NCBI GenBank assembly: GCA_032718475.1
Contig: JAUCBJ010003201.1
Coordinates: 1-64,000, forward strand
Direction of reading: 5' to 3'
DNA from: Nemertoderma westbladi
Lineage: Eukaryota; Animalia; Xenacoelomorpha
DNA: 64,000 nt
Under the pieces are notes generated by a model that searched no databases, was not told where the DNA came from, and saw only the letters and a program-made list of their open reading frames with translations. The translations under genes were made by a program, and so were the position numbers. Shown piece after piece: positions 13,301-28,300 of this stretch. The first letter of the stretch is position 1. Each line of letters begins with the position of its first letter.

Positions 13301-16300
13301 TTAGATGGAGCTGTAGTTAGTACGTAGTACGTATTCTATGTGGGAGGGGACATGTTAGATGTAGCTGTAGTTAGTACGTATTCTATGTGGGAGGAGACAT
13401 GTTAGATGTAGCTGTAGTTAGTACGTATTCTATGTGGGAGGAGACATGTTAGATGTAGCTGTAGTTAGTACGTATTCTATGTGGGAGGGGACATGTTAGA
13501 TGGAGCTGTAGTTAGTACGTAGTACGTATTCTATGTGGGAGGGGACATGTTAGATGTAGCTGTAGTTAGTACGTATTCTATGTGGGAGGGGACATGTTAG
13601 ATGTAGCTGTAGTTAGTACGTAGTACGTATTCTATGTGGGAGGGGACATGTTAGATGTAGCTGTAGTTAGTACGTATTCTATGTGGGAGGGGACATGTTA
13701 GATGTAGCTGTTGTTAGTAAGTATTCTATATGGGAGGGGACATGTTAGATGTAGCTGTAGTTAGTACGTATTCTATGTGGGAGGGGACATGTTAGATGTA
13801 GCTGTAGTTAGTACGTATTCTATATGGGAGGGGACATGTTAGATGTAGCTGTAGTTACTAAGTATTCTATATGGGAGGGGACATGTTAGATGTAGCTGTA
13901 GTTACTAAGTATTCTATATGGGAGGGGACATGTTAGATGTAGCTGTAGTTACTACGTATTCTATGTGGGAGGGGACATGTTAGATGTAGCTGTTGTTAGT
14001 ACGTAGTACGTATTCTATGTGGGAGGGGACATGTTAGATGTAGCTGTAGTTAGTACGTATTCAATATGGGAGAGGACATGTTAGATGTAGCTGTAGTTAG
14101 TACGTATTCTATGTGGGAGGGGACATGTTAGATGTAGCTGTTGTTAGTACGTAGTACGTATTCTATGTGGGAGGGGACATGTTAGATGTAGCTGTAGTTA
14201 GTACGTATTCTATGTGGGAGGGGACATGTTAGATGTAGCTGTTGTTAGTACGTAGTACGTATTCTATGTGGGAGGGGACATGTTAGATGTAGCTGTAGTT
14301 AGTACGTAGTACGTATTCTATGTGGGAGGGGACATGTTAGATGTAGCTGTAGTTACTACGTATTCTATGTGGGAGGGGACATGTTAGATGTAGCTGTAGT
14401 TACTACGTATTCTATGTGGGAGGGGACATGTTAGATGTAGCTGTAGTTAGTACGTATTCAATATGGGAGAGGACATGTTAGATGTAGCTGTAGTTAGTAC
14501 GTATTCTATGTGGGAGGGGACATGTTAGATGTAGCTGTAGTTAGTACGTAGTACGTATTCTATGTGGGAGGGGACATGTTAGATGTAGCTGTAGTTACTA
14601 CGTATTCTATGTGGGAGGGGACATGTTAGATGTAGCTGTAGTTAGTACGTATTCTATGTGGGAGGGGACATGTTAGATGTAGCTGTAGTTAGTACGTATT
14701 CTATGTGGGAGGGGACATGTTAGATGTAGCTGTAGTTAGTACGTATTCTATGTGGGAGGGGACATGTTAGATGTAGCTGTGTTAGTACGTAGTACGTATT
14801 CTATGTGGGAGGGGACATGTTAGATGTAGCTGTAGTTAGTACGTATTCTATGTGGGAGGGGACATGTTAGATGTAGCTGTAGTTAGTACGTATTCTATGT
14901 GGGAGGGGACATGTTAGATGTAGCTGTAGTTAGTACGTAGTACGTATTCTATGTGGGAGGGGACATGTTAGATGTAGCTGTAGTTAGTACGTATTCTATG
15001 TGGGAGGGGACATGTTAGATGTAGCTGTAGTTAGTACGTATTCTATGTGGGAGGGGACATGTTAGATGTAGCTGTAGTTAGTACGTATTCTATGTGGGAG
15101 GGGACATGTTAGATGTAGCTGTAGTTACGTACGTATTCTATGTGGGAGGGGACATGTTAGATGTAGCTGTAGTTAGTACGTATTCTATGTGGGAGGGGAC
15201 ATGTTAGATGTAGCTGTAGTTACTACGTATTCTATGTGGGAGGGGACATGTTAGATGTAGCTGTAGTTAGTACGTAGTAAGTATTCTATGTGGGAGGGGA
15301 CATGTTAGATGTAGCTGTAGTTACTACGTATTCTATGTGGGAGGGGACATGTTAGATGTAGCTGTAGTTAGTACGTATTCTATGTGGGAGGGGACATGTT
15401 AGATGTAGCTGTAGTTAGTACGTATTCTATGTGGGTGGGGACATGTTAGATGTAGCTGTAGTTACTACGTATTCTATGTGGGAGGGGACATGTTAGATGT
15501 AGCTGTAGTTACTACGTATTCTATGTGGGAGGGGACATGTTAGATGTAGCTGTAGTTAGTACGTAGTAAGTATTCTATGTGGGAGGGGACATGTTAGATG
15601 TAGCTGTTGTTAGTAAGTATTCTATGTGGGAGGGGACATGTTAGATGTAGCTGTAGTTAGTACGTATTCTATGTGGGAGGGGACATGTTAGATGTAGCTG
15701 TAGTTACTACGTATTCTATGTGGGAGGGGACATGTTAGATGTAGCTGTAGTTAGTACGTAGTAAGTATTCTATGTGGGAGGGGACATGTTAGATGTAGCT
15801 GTTGTTAGTAAGTATTCTATGTGGGAGGGGACATGTTAGATGTAGCTGTAGTTAGTACGTATTCTATGTGGGAGGGGACATGTTAGATGTAGCTGTAGTT
15901 ACTACGTATTCTATGTGGGAGGGGACATGTTAGATGTAGCTGTAGTTAGTACGTAGTAAGTATTCTATGTGGGAGGGGACATGTTAGATGTAGCTGTTGT
16001 TAGTACGTATTCTATGTGGGAGGGGACATGTTAGATGTAGCTGTAGTTACTACGTATTCTATGTGGGAGGGGACATGTTAGATGTAGCTGTAGTTACTAC
16101 GTATTCTATGTGGGAGGGGACATGTTAGATGTAGCTGTAGTTAGTACGTATTCTATGTGGGAGGGGACATGTTAGATGTAGCTGTAGTTAGTACGTATTC
16201 TATGTGGGAGGGGACATGTTAGATGTAGCTGTGTTAGTACGTAGTACGTATTCTATGTGGGAGGGGACATGTTAGATGTAGCTGTAGTTAGTACGTATTC

Positions 16301-19300
16301 TATGTGGGAGGGGACATGTTAGATGTAGCTGTTGTTAGTACGTAGTACGTATTCTATGTGGGAGGGGACATGTTAGATGTAGCTGTAGTTAGTACGTAGT
16401 ACGTATTCTATGTGGGAGGGGACATGTTAGATGTAGCTGTAGTTACTACGTATTCTATGTGGGAGGGGACATGTTAGATGTAGCTGTAGTTACTACGTAT
16501 TCTATGTGGGAGGGGACATGTTAGATGTAGCTGTAGTTAGTACGTATTCTATATGGGAGAGGACATGTTAGATGTAGCTGTAGTTAGTACGTATTCTATG
16601 TGGGAGGGGACATGTTAGATGTAGCTGTAGTTAGTACGTAGTACGTATTCTATGTGGGAGGGGACATGTTAGATGTAGCTGTAGTTACTACGTATTCTAT
16701 GTGGGAGGGGACATGTTAGATGTAGCTGTAGTTACTACGTATTCTATGTGGGAGGGGACATGTTAGATGTAGCTGTAGTTAGTACGTATTCAATATGGGA
16801 GAGGACATGTTAGATGTAGCTGTAGTTAGTACGTATTCTATGTGGGAGGGGACATGTTAGATGTAGCTGTTGTTAGTACGTAGTACGTATTCTATGTGGG
16901 AGGGGACATGTTAGATGTAGCTGTAGTTAGTACGTATTCTATGTGGGAGGGGACATGTTAGATGTAGCTGTAGTTAGTACGTATTCTATGTGGGAGGGGA
17001 CATGTTAGATGTAGCTGTAGTTAGTACGTGTAGTATTCTATGTGGGAGGGGACATGTTAGATGTAGCTGTAGTTAGTTAGTACGTATTCTATGTGGGAGG
17101 GGACATGTTAGATGTAGCTGTAGTTAGCTACGTATTCTATGTGGGAGGGGACATGTTAGATGTAGCTGTAGTTAGTACGTATTCTATGTGGGAGGGGACA
17201 TGTTAGATGTAGCTGTAGTTACTACGTATTCTATGTGGGAGGGGACATGTTAGATGTAGCTGTAGTTAGTAAGTATTCTATGTGGGAGGGGACATGTTAG
17301 ATGTAGCTGTAGTTAGTACGTATTCTATGTGGGAGGGGACATGTTAGATGTAGCTGTAGTTAGTACGTAGTAAGTATTCTATGTGGGAGGGGACATGTTA
17401 GATGTAGCTGTAGTTACTACGTATTCTATGTGGGAGGGGACATGTTAGATGTAGCTGTAGTTAGTAAGTATTCTATGTGGGAGGGGACATGTTAGATGTA
17501 GCTGTAGTTAGTACGTATTCTATATGGGTGGGGACATGTTAGATGTAGCTGTAGTTACTACGTATTCTATGTGGGAGGGGACATGTTAGATGTAGCTGTA
17601 GTTACTACGTATTCTATGTGGGAGGGGACATGTTAGATGTAGCTGTAGTTAGTACGTAGTAAGTATTCTATGTGGGAGGGGACATGTTAGATGTAGCTGT
17701 TGTTAGTAAGTATTCTATGTGGGAGGGGACATGTTAGATGTAGCTGTAGTTAGTACGTATTCTATGTGGGAGGGGACATGTTAGATGTAGCTGTAGTTAC
17801 TACGTATTCTATGTGGGAGGGGACATGTTAGATGTAGCTGTTGTAGTTAGTACGTAGTAAGTATTCTATGTGGGAGGGGACATGTTATATGTAGCTGTTG
17901 TTAGTAAGTATTCTATGTGGGAGGGGACATGTTAGATGTAGCTGTAGTTACTACGTATTCTATGTGGGAGGGGACATGTTAGATGTAGCTGTAGTTACTA
18001 CGTATTCTATGTGGGAGGGGACATGTTAGATGTAGCTGTAGTTAGTACGTAGTAAGTATTCTATGTGGGAGGGGACATGTTAGATGTAGCTGTTGTTAGT
18101 AAGTATTCTATGTGGGAGGGGACATGTTAGATGTAGCTGTAGTTACTACGTATTCTATGTGGGAGGGGACATGTTAGATGTAGCTGTAGTTACTACGTAT
18201 TCTATGTGGGAGGGGACATGTTAGATGTAGCTGTAGTTAGTACGTAGTAAGTATTCTATGTGGGAGGGGACATGTTAGATGTAGCTGTTGTTAGTAAGTA
18301 TTCTATGTGGGAGGGGACATGTTAGATGTAGCTGTTGTTAGTAAGTATTCTATGTGGGAGGGGACATGTTAGATGTAGCTGTAGTTAGTACATAGTAAGT
18401 ATTCTATGTGGGAGGGGACATGTTAGATGTAGCTGTAGTTAGTACGTAGTACGTATTCTATGTGGGAGGGGACATGTTAGATGTAGCTGTAGTTAGTACG
18501 TATTCTATGTGGGAGGGGACATGTTAGATGTAGCTGTAGTTAGTACGTATTCTATGTGGGAGGAGACATGTTAGATGTAGCTGTAGTTAGTACGTATTCT
18601 ATATGGGAGGGGACATGTTAGATGTAGCTGTAGTTACTACGTATTCTATGTGGGAGGGGACATGTTAGATGTAGCTGTAGTTAGTACGTATTCTATGTGG
18701 GAGGGGACATGTTAGATGTAGCTGTAGTTAGTACGTAGTAAGTATTCTATGTGGGAGGGGACATGTTAGATGTAGCTGTAGTTAGTACGTATTCTATGTG
18801 GGAGGGGACATGTTAGATGTAGCTGTAGTTAGTACGTAGTAAGTATTCTATGTGGGAGGGGACATGTTAGATGTAGCTGTAGTTAGTACGTATTCTATGT
18901 GGCAGGGGACATGTTAGATGTAGCTGTTGTTAGTAAGTATTCTATGTGGGAGGGGACATGTTAGATGTAGCTGTAGTTAGTACGTGTAAGTATTCTATGT
19001 GGGAGGGGACATGTTAGATGTAGCTGTAGTTACTACGTATTCTATGTGGGAGGGGACATGTTAGATGTAGCTGTTGTTAGTAAGTATTCTATGTGGGAGG
19101 GGACATGTTAGATGTAGCTGTAGTTAGTACGTGTAAGTATTCTATGTGGGAGGGGACATGTTAGATGTAGCTGTAGTTACTACGTATTCTATGTGGGAGG
19201 GGACATGTTAGATGTAGCTGTAGTTAGTAAGTATTCTATGTGGGAGGGGACATGTTAGATGTAGCTGTAGTTAGTACGTATTCTATGTGGGAGGGGACAT

Positions 19301-22300
19301 GTTAGATGTAGCTGTTGTTAGTACGTAGCACGTATTCTATGTGGGAGGGGACATGTTAGATGTAGCTGTAGTTAGTACGTAGTACGTATTCTATGTGGGA
19401 GGGGACATGTTAGATGTAGCTGTAGTTACTACGTATTCTATGTGGGAGGGGACATGTTAGATGTAGCTGTAGTTACTACGTATTCTATGTGGGAGGGGAC
19501 ATGTTAGATGTAGCTGTAGTTAGTACGTATTCAATATGGGAGAGGACATGTTAGATGTAGCTGTAGTTAGTACGTATTCTATGTGGGAGGGGACATGTTA
19601 GATGTAGCTGTTGTTAGTACGTAGTACGTATTCTATGTGGGAGGGGACATGTTAGATGTAGCTGTAGTTAGTACGTAGTACGTATTCTATGTGGGAGGGG
19701 ACATGTTAGATGTAGCTGTAGTTACTACGTATTCTATGTGGGAGGGGACATGTTAGATGTAGCTGTAGTTACTACGTATTCTATGTGGGAGGGGACATGT
19801 TAGATGTAGCTGTAGTTAGTACGTATTCAATATGGGAGAGGACATGTTAGATGTAGCTGTAGTTAGTACGTATTCTATGTAGGAGGGGACATGTTAGATG
19901 TAGCTGTTGTTAGTACGTAGTACGTATTCTATGTGGGAGGGGACATGTTAGATGTAGCTGTAGTTAGTACGTATTCTATGTGGGAGGGGACATGTTAGAT
20001 GTAGCTGTAGTTAGTACGTATTCTATGTGGGAGGGGACATGTTAGATGTAGCTGTAGTTAGTACGTAGTACGTATTCTATGTGGGAGGGGACATGTTAGA
20101 TGTAGCTGTAGTTAGTACGTATTCTATGTGGGAGGGGACATGTTAGATGTAGCTGTAGTTACTACGTATTCTATGTGGGAGGGGACATGTTAGATGTAGC
20201 TGTAGTTAGTACGTATTCTATGTGGGAGGGGACATGTTAGATGTAGCTGTAGTTAGTACGTATTCTATGTGGGAGGGGACATGTTAGATGTAGCTGTAGT
20301 TAGTACGTAGTACGTATTCTATGTGGGAGGGGACATGTTAGATGTAGCTGTAGTTAGTACGTATTCTATGTGGGAGGGGACATGTTAGATGTAGCTGTAG
20401 TTACTACGTATTCTATGTGGGAGGGGACATGTTAGATGTAGCTGTAGTTAGTAAGTATTCTATGTGGGAGGGGACATGTTAGATGTAGCTGTAGTTACTA
20501 CGTATTCTATGTGGGAGGGGACATGTTAGATGTAGCTGTAGTTAGTACGTAGTAAGTATTCTATGTGGGAGGGGACATGTTAGATGTAGCTGTAGTTACT
20601 ACGTATTCTATGTGGGAGGGGACATGTTAGATGTAGCTGTAGTTAGTAAGTATTCTATGTGGGAGGGGACATGTTAGATGTAGCTGTAGTTAGTACGTAT
20701 TCTATATGGGTGGGGACATGTTAGATGTAGCTGTAGTTACTACGTATTCTATGTGGGAGGGGACATGTTAGATGTAGCTGTAGTTACTACGTATTCTATG
20801 TGGGAGGGGACATGTTAGATGTAGCTGTAGTTAGTACGTAGTAAGTATTCTATGTGGGAGGGAACATGTTAGATGTAGCTGTTGTTAGTAAGTATTCTAT
20901 GTGGGAGGGGACATGTTAGATGTAGCTGTAGTTAGTACGTATTCTATGTGGGAGGGGACATGTTAGATGTAGCTGTAGTTACTACGTATTCTATGTGGGA
21001 GGGGACATGTTAGATGTAGCTGTTGTAGTTAGTACGTAGTAAGTATTCTATGTGGGAGGGGACATGTTATATGTAGCTGTTGTTAGTAAGTATTCTATGT
21101 GGGAGGGGACATGTTAGATGTAGCTGTAGTTACTACGTATTCTATGTGGGAGGGGACATGTTAGATGTAGCTGTAGTTACTACGTATTCTATGTGGGAGG
21201 GGACATGTTAGATGTAGCTGTAGTTAGTACGTAGTAAGTATTCTATGTGGGAGGGGACATGTTAGATGTAGCTGTTGTTAGTAAGTATTCTATGTGGGAG
21301 GGGACATGTTAGATGTAGCTGTAGTTACTACGTATTCTATGTGGGAGGGGACATGTTAGATGTAGCTGTAGTTACTACGTATTCTATGTGGGAGGGGACA
21401 TGTTAGATGTAGCTGTAGTTAGTACGTAGTAAGTATTCTATGTGGGAGGGGACATGTTAGATGTAGCTGTTGTTAGTAAGTATTCTATGTGGGAGGGGAC
21501 ATGTTAGATGTAGCTGTTGTTAGTAAGTATTCTATGTGGGAGGGGACATGTTAGATGTAGCTGTAGTTAGTACATAGTAAGTATTCTATGTGGGAGGGGA
21601 CATGTTAGATGTAGCTGTAGTTAGTACATAGTAAGTATTCTATGTGGGAGGGGACATGTTAGATGTAGCTGTAGTTAGTACGTATTCTATATGGGAGGGG
21701 ACATGTTAGATGTAGCTGTAGTTACTACGTATTCTATGTGGGAGGGGACATGTTAGATGTAGCTGTAGTTAGTACGTATTCTATGTGGGAGGGGACATGT
21801 TAGATGTAGCTGTAGTTAGTACGTAGTAAGTATTCTATGTGGGAGGGGACATGTTAGATGTAGCTGTAGTTAGTACGTATTCTATGTGGGAGGGGACATG
21901 TTAGATGTAGCTGTAGTTAGTACGTAGTAAGTATTCTATGTGGGAGGGGACATGTTAGATGTAGCTGTAGTTAGTACGTATTCTATGTGGCAGGGGACAT
22001 GTTAGATGTAGCTGTTGTTAGTAAGTATTCTATGTGGGAGGGGACATGTTAGATGTAGCTGTAGTTAGTACGTGTAAGTATTCTATGTGGGAGGGGACAT
22101 GTTAGATGTAGCTGTAGTTACTACGTATTCTATGTGGGAGGGGACATGTTAGATGTAGCTGTAGTTAGTAAGTATTCTATGTGGGAGGGGACATGTTAGA
22201 TGTAGCTGTAGTTAGTACGTGTAGTATTCTATGTGGGAGGGGACATGTTAGATGTAGCTGTAGTTACTACGTATTCTATGTGGGAGGGGACATGTTAGAT

Positions 22301-25300
22301 GTAGCTGTAGTTAGTACGTATTCTATGTGGGAGGGGACATGTTAGATGTAGCTGTAGTTAGTACGGGTATTCTATGTGGGAGGGGACATGTTAGATGTAG
22401 CTGTAGTTACTACGTATTCTATGTGGGAGGGGACATGTTAGATGTAGCTGTAGTTAGTACGTATTCTATGTGGGAGGGGACATGTTAGATGTAGCTGTAG
22501 TTAGTACGTAGTAAGTATTCTATGTGGGAGGGGACATGTTAGATGTAGCTGTAGTTAGTACGTATTCTATGTGGCAGGGGACATGTTAGATGTAGCTGTT
22601 GTTAGTAAGTATTCTATGTGGGAGGGGACATGTTAGATGTAGCTGTAGTTAGTACGTGTAAGTATTCTATGTGGGAGGGGACATGTTAGATGTAGCTGTA
22701 GTTACTACGTATTCTATGTGGGAGGGGACATGTTAGATGTAGCTGTAGTTAGTACGTATTCTATGTGGGAGGGGACATGTTAGATGTAGCTGTAGTTAGT
22801 ACGTAGTATTCTATGTGGGAGGGGACATGTTAGATGTAGCTGTAGTTAGTACGTGTAGTATTCTATGTGGGAGGGGACATGTTAGATGTAGCTGTAGTTA
22901 CGTACGTATTCTATGTGGGAGGGGACATGTTAGATGTAGCTGTAGTTAGTACGTAGTAAGTATTCTATGTGGGAGGGGACATGTTAGATGTAGCTGTAGT
23001 TAGTACGTATTCTATGTGGGAGGGGACATGTTAGATGTAGCTGTAGTTAGTAAGTATTCTATGTGGGAGGGGACATGTTAGATGTAGCTGTAGTTAGTAC
23101 GTGTAAGTATTCTATGTGGGAGGGGACATGTTAGATGTAGCTGTAGTTAGTACGTATTCTATGTGGGAGGGGACATGTTAGATGTAGCTGTAGTTAGTAC
23201 TAAGTATTCTATGTGGGAGGGGACATGTTAGATGTAGCTGTAGTTAGTACGTATTCTATGTGGGAGGGGACATGTTAGATGTAGCTGTAGTTAGTACGTA
23301 TTCTATGTGGGATGGGACATGTTAGATGTAGCTGTAGTTACTACGTATTCTATGTGGGAGGGGACATGTTAGATGTAGCTGTAGTTACTACGTATTCTAT
23401 GTGGGAGGGGACATGTTAGATGTAGCTGTAGTTAGTACGTATTCTATGTGGGAGGGGACATGTTAGATGTAGCTGTTGTTAGTAAGTATTCTATGTGGGA
23501 GGGGACATGTTAGATGTAGCTGTAGTTACTACGTATTCTATGTGGGAGGGGACATGTTAGATGTAGCTGTAGTTAGTACGTAGTAAGTCTTCTATGTGGG
23601 AGGGGACATGTTAGATGTAGCTGTAGTTAGTACGTATTCTATGTGGGAGGGGACATGTTAGATGTAGCTGTTGTTAGTAAGTATTCTATGTGGGAGGGGA
23701 CATGTTAGATGTAGCTGTAGTTAGTACGTGTAAGTATTCTATGTGGGAGGGGACATGTTAGATGTAGCTGTAGTTACTACGTATTCTATGTGGGAGGGGA
23801 CATGTTAGATGTAGCTGTAGTTAGTAAGTATTCTATGTGGGAGGGGACATGTTAGATGTAGCTGTTGTTAGTAAGTATTCTATGTGGGAGGGGACATGTT
23901 AGATGTAGCTGTAGTTAGTACGTGTAAGTATTCTATGTGGGAGGGGACATGTTAGATGTAGCTGTAGTTACTACGTATTCTATGTGGGAGGGGACATGTT
24001 AGATGTAGCTGTAGTTAGTACGTATTCTATGTGGGAGGGGACATGTTAGATGTAGCTGTTGTTAGTAAGTATTCTATGTGGGAGGGGACATGTTAGATGT
24101 AGCTGTAGTTACTACGTATTCTATGTGGGAGGGGACATGTTAGATGTAGCTGTAGTTAGTAAGTATTCTATGTGGGAGGGGACATGTTAGATGTAGCTGT
24201 AGTTAGTACGTAGTAAGTATTCTATGTGGGAGGGGACATGTTAGATGTAGCTGTAGTTAGTAAGTATTCTATGTGGGAGGGGACATGTTAGATGTAGCTG
24301 TAGTTAGTAAGTATTCTATGTGGGAGGGGACATGTTAGATGTAGCTGTAGTTAGTACGTATTCTATGTGGGAGGGGACATGTTAGATGTAGCTGTAGTTA
24401 GTACGTATTCTATGTGGGAGGGGACATGTTAGATGTAGCTGTAGTTAGTACGTATTCTATGTGGGAGGGGACATGTTAGATGTAGCTGTAGTTAGTACGT
24501 ATTCTATGTGGGAGGGGACATGTTAGATGTAGCTGTAGTTAGTACGTAGTAAGTATTCTATGTGGGAGGGGACATGTTAGATGTAGCTGTAGTTAGTACG
24601 TATTCTATGTGGGAGGGGACATGTTAGATGTAGCTGTAGTTAGTACGTAGTAAGTATTCTATGTGGGAGGGGACATGTTAGATGTAGCTGTAGTTAGTAC
24701 GTATTCTATGTGGGAGGGGACATGTTAGATGTAGCTGTAGTTAGTACGTAGTAAGTATTCTATGTGGGAGGGGACATGTTAGATGTAGCTGTAGTTAGTA
24801 CGTATTCTATGTGGGAGGGGACATGTTAGATGTAGCTGTAGTTAGTACGTATTCTATGTGGGAGGGGACATGTTAGATGTAGCTGTAGTTAGTACGTATT
24901 CTATGTGGGAGGGGACATGTTTGATGTGGCTGTAGTTAGTACGTAGTACGTATTCTATGTGGGAGGGGACATGTTAGATGTAGCTGTAGTTACTACGTAT
25001 TCTATGTGGGAGGGGACATGTTAGATGTAGCTGTAGTTAGTACGTATTCTATGTGGGAGGGGACATGTTAGATGTAGCTGTAGTTAGTACGTATTCTATG
25101 TGGGAGGGGACATGTTAGATGTGGCTGTAGTTAGTACGTAGTACGTATTCTATGTGGGAGGGGACATTTTAGATGTAGCTGTAGTTACTACGTATTCTAT
25201 GTGGGAGGGGACATGTTGGATGTAGCTGTAGTTAGTACGTATTCTATGTGGGAGGGGACATGTTAGATGTAGCTGTAGTTAGTACGTAGTACGTATTCTA

Positions 25301-28300
25301 TGTGGGAGGGGACATGTTAGATGTAGCTGTAGTTACTACGTATTCTATGTGGGAGGGGACATGTTAGATGTAGCTGTAGTTAGTACGTATTCTATGTGGG
25401 AGGGGACATGTTAGATGTAGCTGTAGTTAGTACGTAGTACGTATTCTATGTGGGAGGGGACATGTTAGATGTAGCTGTAGTTAGTACGTATTCTATGTGG
25501 GAGGAGACATGTTAGATGTAGCTGTAGTTAGTACGTATTCTATGTGGGAGGAGACATGTTAGATGTAGCTGTAGTTACTACGTATTCTATGTGGGAGGGG
25601 ACATGTTAGATGTAGCTGTAGTTACTACGTATTCTATGTGGGAGGGGACATGTTAGATGTAGCTGTAGTTACTACGTATTCTATGTGGGAGGGGACATGT
25701 TAGATGTAGCTGTAGTTAGTACGTATTCAATATGGGAGAGGACATGTTAGATGTAGCTGTAGTTAGTACGTATTCTATGTGGGAGGGGACATGTTAGATG
25801 TAGCTGTTGTTAGTACGTAGTACGTATTCTATGTGGGAGGGGACATATTAGATGTAGCTGTAGTTAGTACGTATTCTATGTGGGAGGGGACATGTTAGAT
25901 GTAGCTGTAGTTAGTACGTATTCTATGTGGGAGGGGACATGTTAGATGTAGCTGTAGTTAGTACGTATTCTATGTGGGAGGGGACATGTTAGATGTAGCT
26001 GTAGTTAGTACGTATTCTATATGGGTGGGGACATGTTAGATGTAGCTGTAGTTACTACGTATTCTATGTGGGAGGGGACATGTTAGATGTAGCTGTAGTT
26101 ACTACGTATTCTATGTGGGAGGGGACATGTTAGATGTAGCTGTAGTTAGTACGTAGTAAGTATTCTATGTGGGAGGGGTCATGTTAGATGTAGCTGTTGT
26201 TAGTAAGTATTCTATGTGGGAGGGGACATGTTAGATGTAGCTGTAGTTAGTACGTATTCTATGTGGGAGGGGACATGTTAGATGTAGCTGTAGTTACTAC
26301 GTATTCTATGTGGGAGGGGACATGTTAGATGTAGCTGTAGTTAGTACGTAGTAAGTATTCTATGTGGGAGGGGACATGTTATATGTAGCTGTTGTTAGTA
26401 AGTATTCTATGTGGGAGGGGACATGTTAGATGTAGCTGTAGTTACTACGTATTCTATGTGGGAGGGGACATGTTAGATGTAGCTGTAGTTACTACGTATT
26501 CTATGTGGGAGGGGAGGGGACATGTTAGATGTAGCTGTAGTTAGTACGTAGTAAGTATTCTATGTGGGAGGGGACATGTTAGATGTAGCTGTTGTTAGTA
26601 AGTATTCTATGTGGGAGGGGACATGTTAGATGTAGCTGTAGTTACTACGTATTCTATGTGGGAGGGGACATGTTAGATGTAGCTGTAGTTACTACGTATT
26701 CTATGTGGGAGGGGACATGTTAGATGTAGCTGTAGTTAGTACGTAGTAAGTATTCTATGTGGGAGGAGGACATGTTAGATGTAGCTGTTGTTAGTAAGTA
26801 TTCTATGTGGGAGGGGACATGTTAGATGTAGCTGTTGTTAGTAAGTATTCTATGTGGGAGGGGACATGTTAGATGTAGCTGTAGTTAGTACATAGTAAGT
26901 ATTCTATGTGGGAGGGGACATGTTAGATGTAGCTGTAGTTAGTACATAGTAAGTATTCTATGTGGGAGGGGACATGTTAGATGTAGCTGTAGTTAGTACG
27001 TATTCTATATGGGAGGGGACATGTTAGATGTAGCTGTTGTTAGTAAGTATTCTATGTGGGAGGGGACATGTTAGATGTAGCTGTAGTTACTACGTATTCT
27101 ATGTGGGAGGGGACATGTTAGATGTAGCTGTAGTTAGTACGTATTCTATGTGGGAGGGGACATGTTAGATGTAGCTGTAGTTAGTACGTAGTAAGTATTC
27201 TATGTGGGAGGGGACATGTTAGATGTAGCTGTAGTTAGTACGTATTCTATGTGGGAGGGGACATGTTAGATGTAGCTGTAGTTAGTACGTAGTAAGTATT
27301 CTATGTGGGAGGGGACATGTTAGATGTAGCTGTAGTTAGTACGTATTCTATGTGGCAGGGGACATGTTAGATGTAGCTGTTGTTAGTAAGTATTCTATGT
27401 GGGAGGGGACATGTTAGATGTAGCTGTAGTTAGTACGTGTAAGTATTCTATGTGGGAGGGGACATGTTAGATGTAGCTGTTGTTAGTAAGTATTCTATGT
27501 GGGAGGGGACATGTTAGATGTAGCTGTAGTTACTACGTATTCTATATGGGAGGGGACATGTTAGATGTAGCTGTAGTTAGTACGTATTCTATGTGGGATT
27601 GGACATGTTAGATGTAGCTGTAGTTACTACGTATTCTATATGGGAGGGGACATGTTAGATGTAGCTGTAGTTACTACGTATTCTATATGGGAGGGGACAT
27701 GTTAGATGTAGCTGTAGTTAGTACGTATTCTATGTGGGAGGGGACATGTTAGATGTAGCTGTTGTTAGTAAGTATTCTATGTGGGAGGGGACATGTTAGA
27801 TGTAGCTGTAGTTACTACGTATTCTATGTGGGAGGGGACATGTTAGATGTAGCTGTAGTTAGTACGTAGTAAGTCTTCTATGTGGGAGGGGACATGTAAG
27901 ATGTAGCTGTAGTTAGTACGTATTCTATGTGGGAGGGGACATGTTAGATGTAGCTGTTGTTAGTAAGTATTCTATGTGGGAGGGGACATGTTAGATGTAG
28001 CTGTAGTTAGTACGTGTAAGTATTCTATGTGGGAGGGGACATGTTAGATGTAGCTGTAGTTACTACGTATTCTATGTGGGAGGGGACATGTTAGATGTAG
28101 CTGTAGTTAGTAAGTATTCTATGTGGGAGGGGACATGTTAGATGTAGCTGTTGTTAGTAAGTATTCTATGTGGGAGGGGACATGTTAGATGTAGCTGTAG
28201 TTAGTACGTGTAAGTATTCTATGTGGGAGGGGACATGTTAGATGTAGCTGTAGTTACTACGTATTCTATGTGGGAGGGGACATGTTAGATGTAGCTGTAG

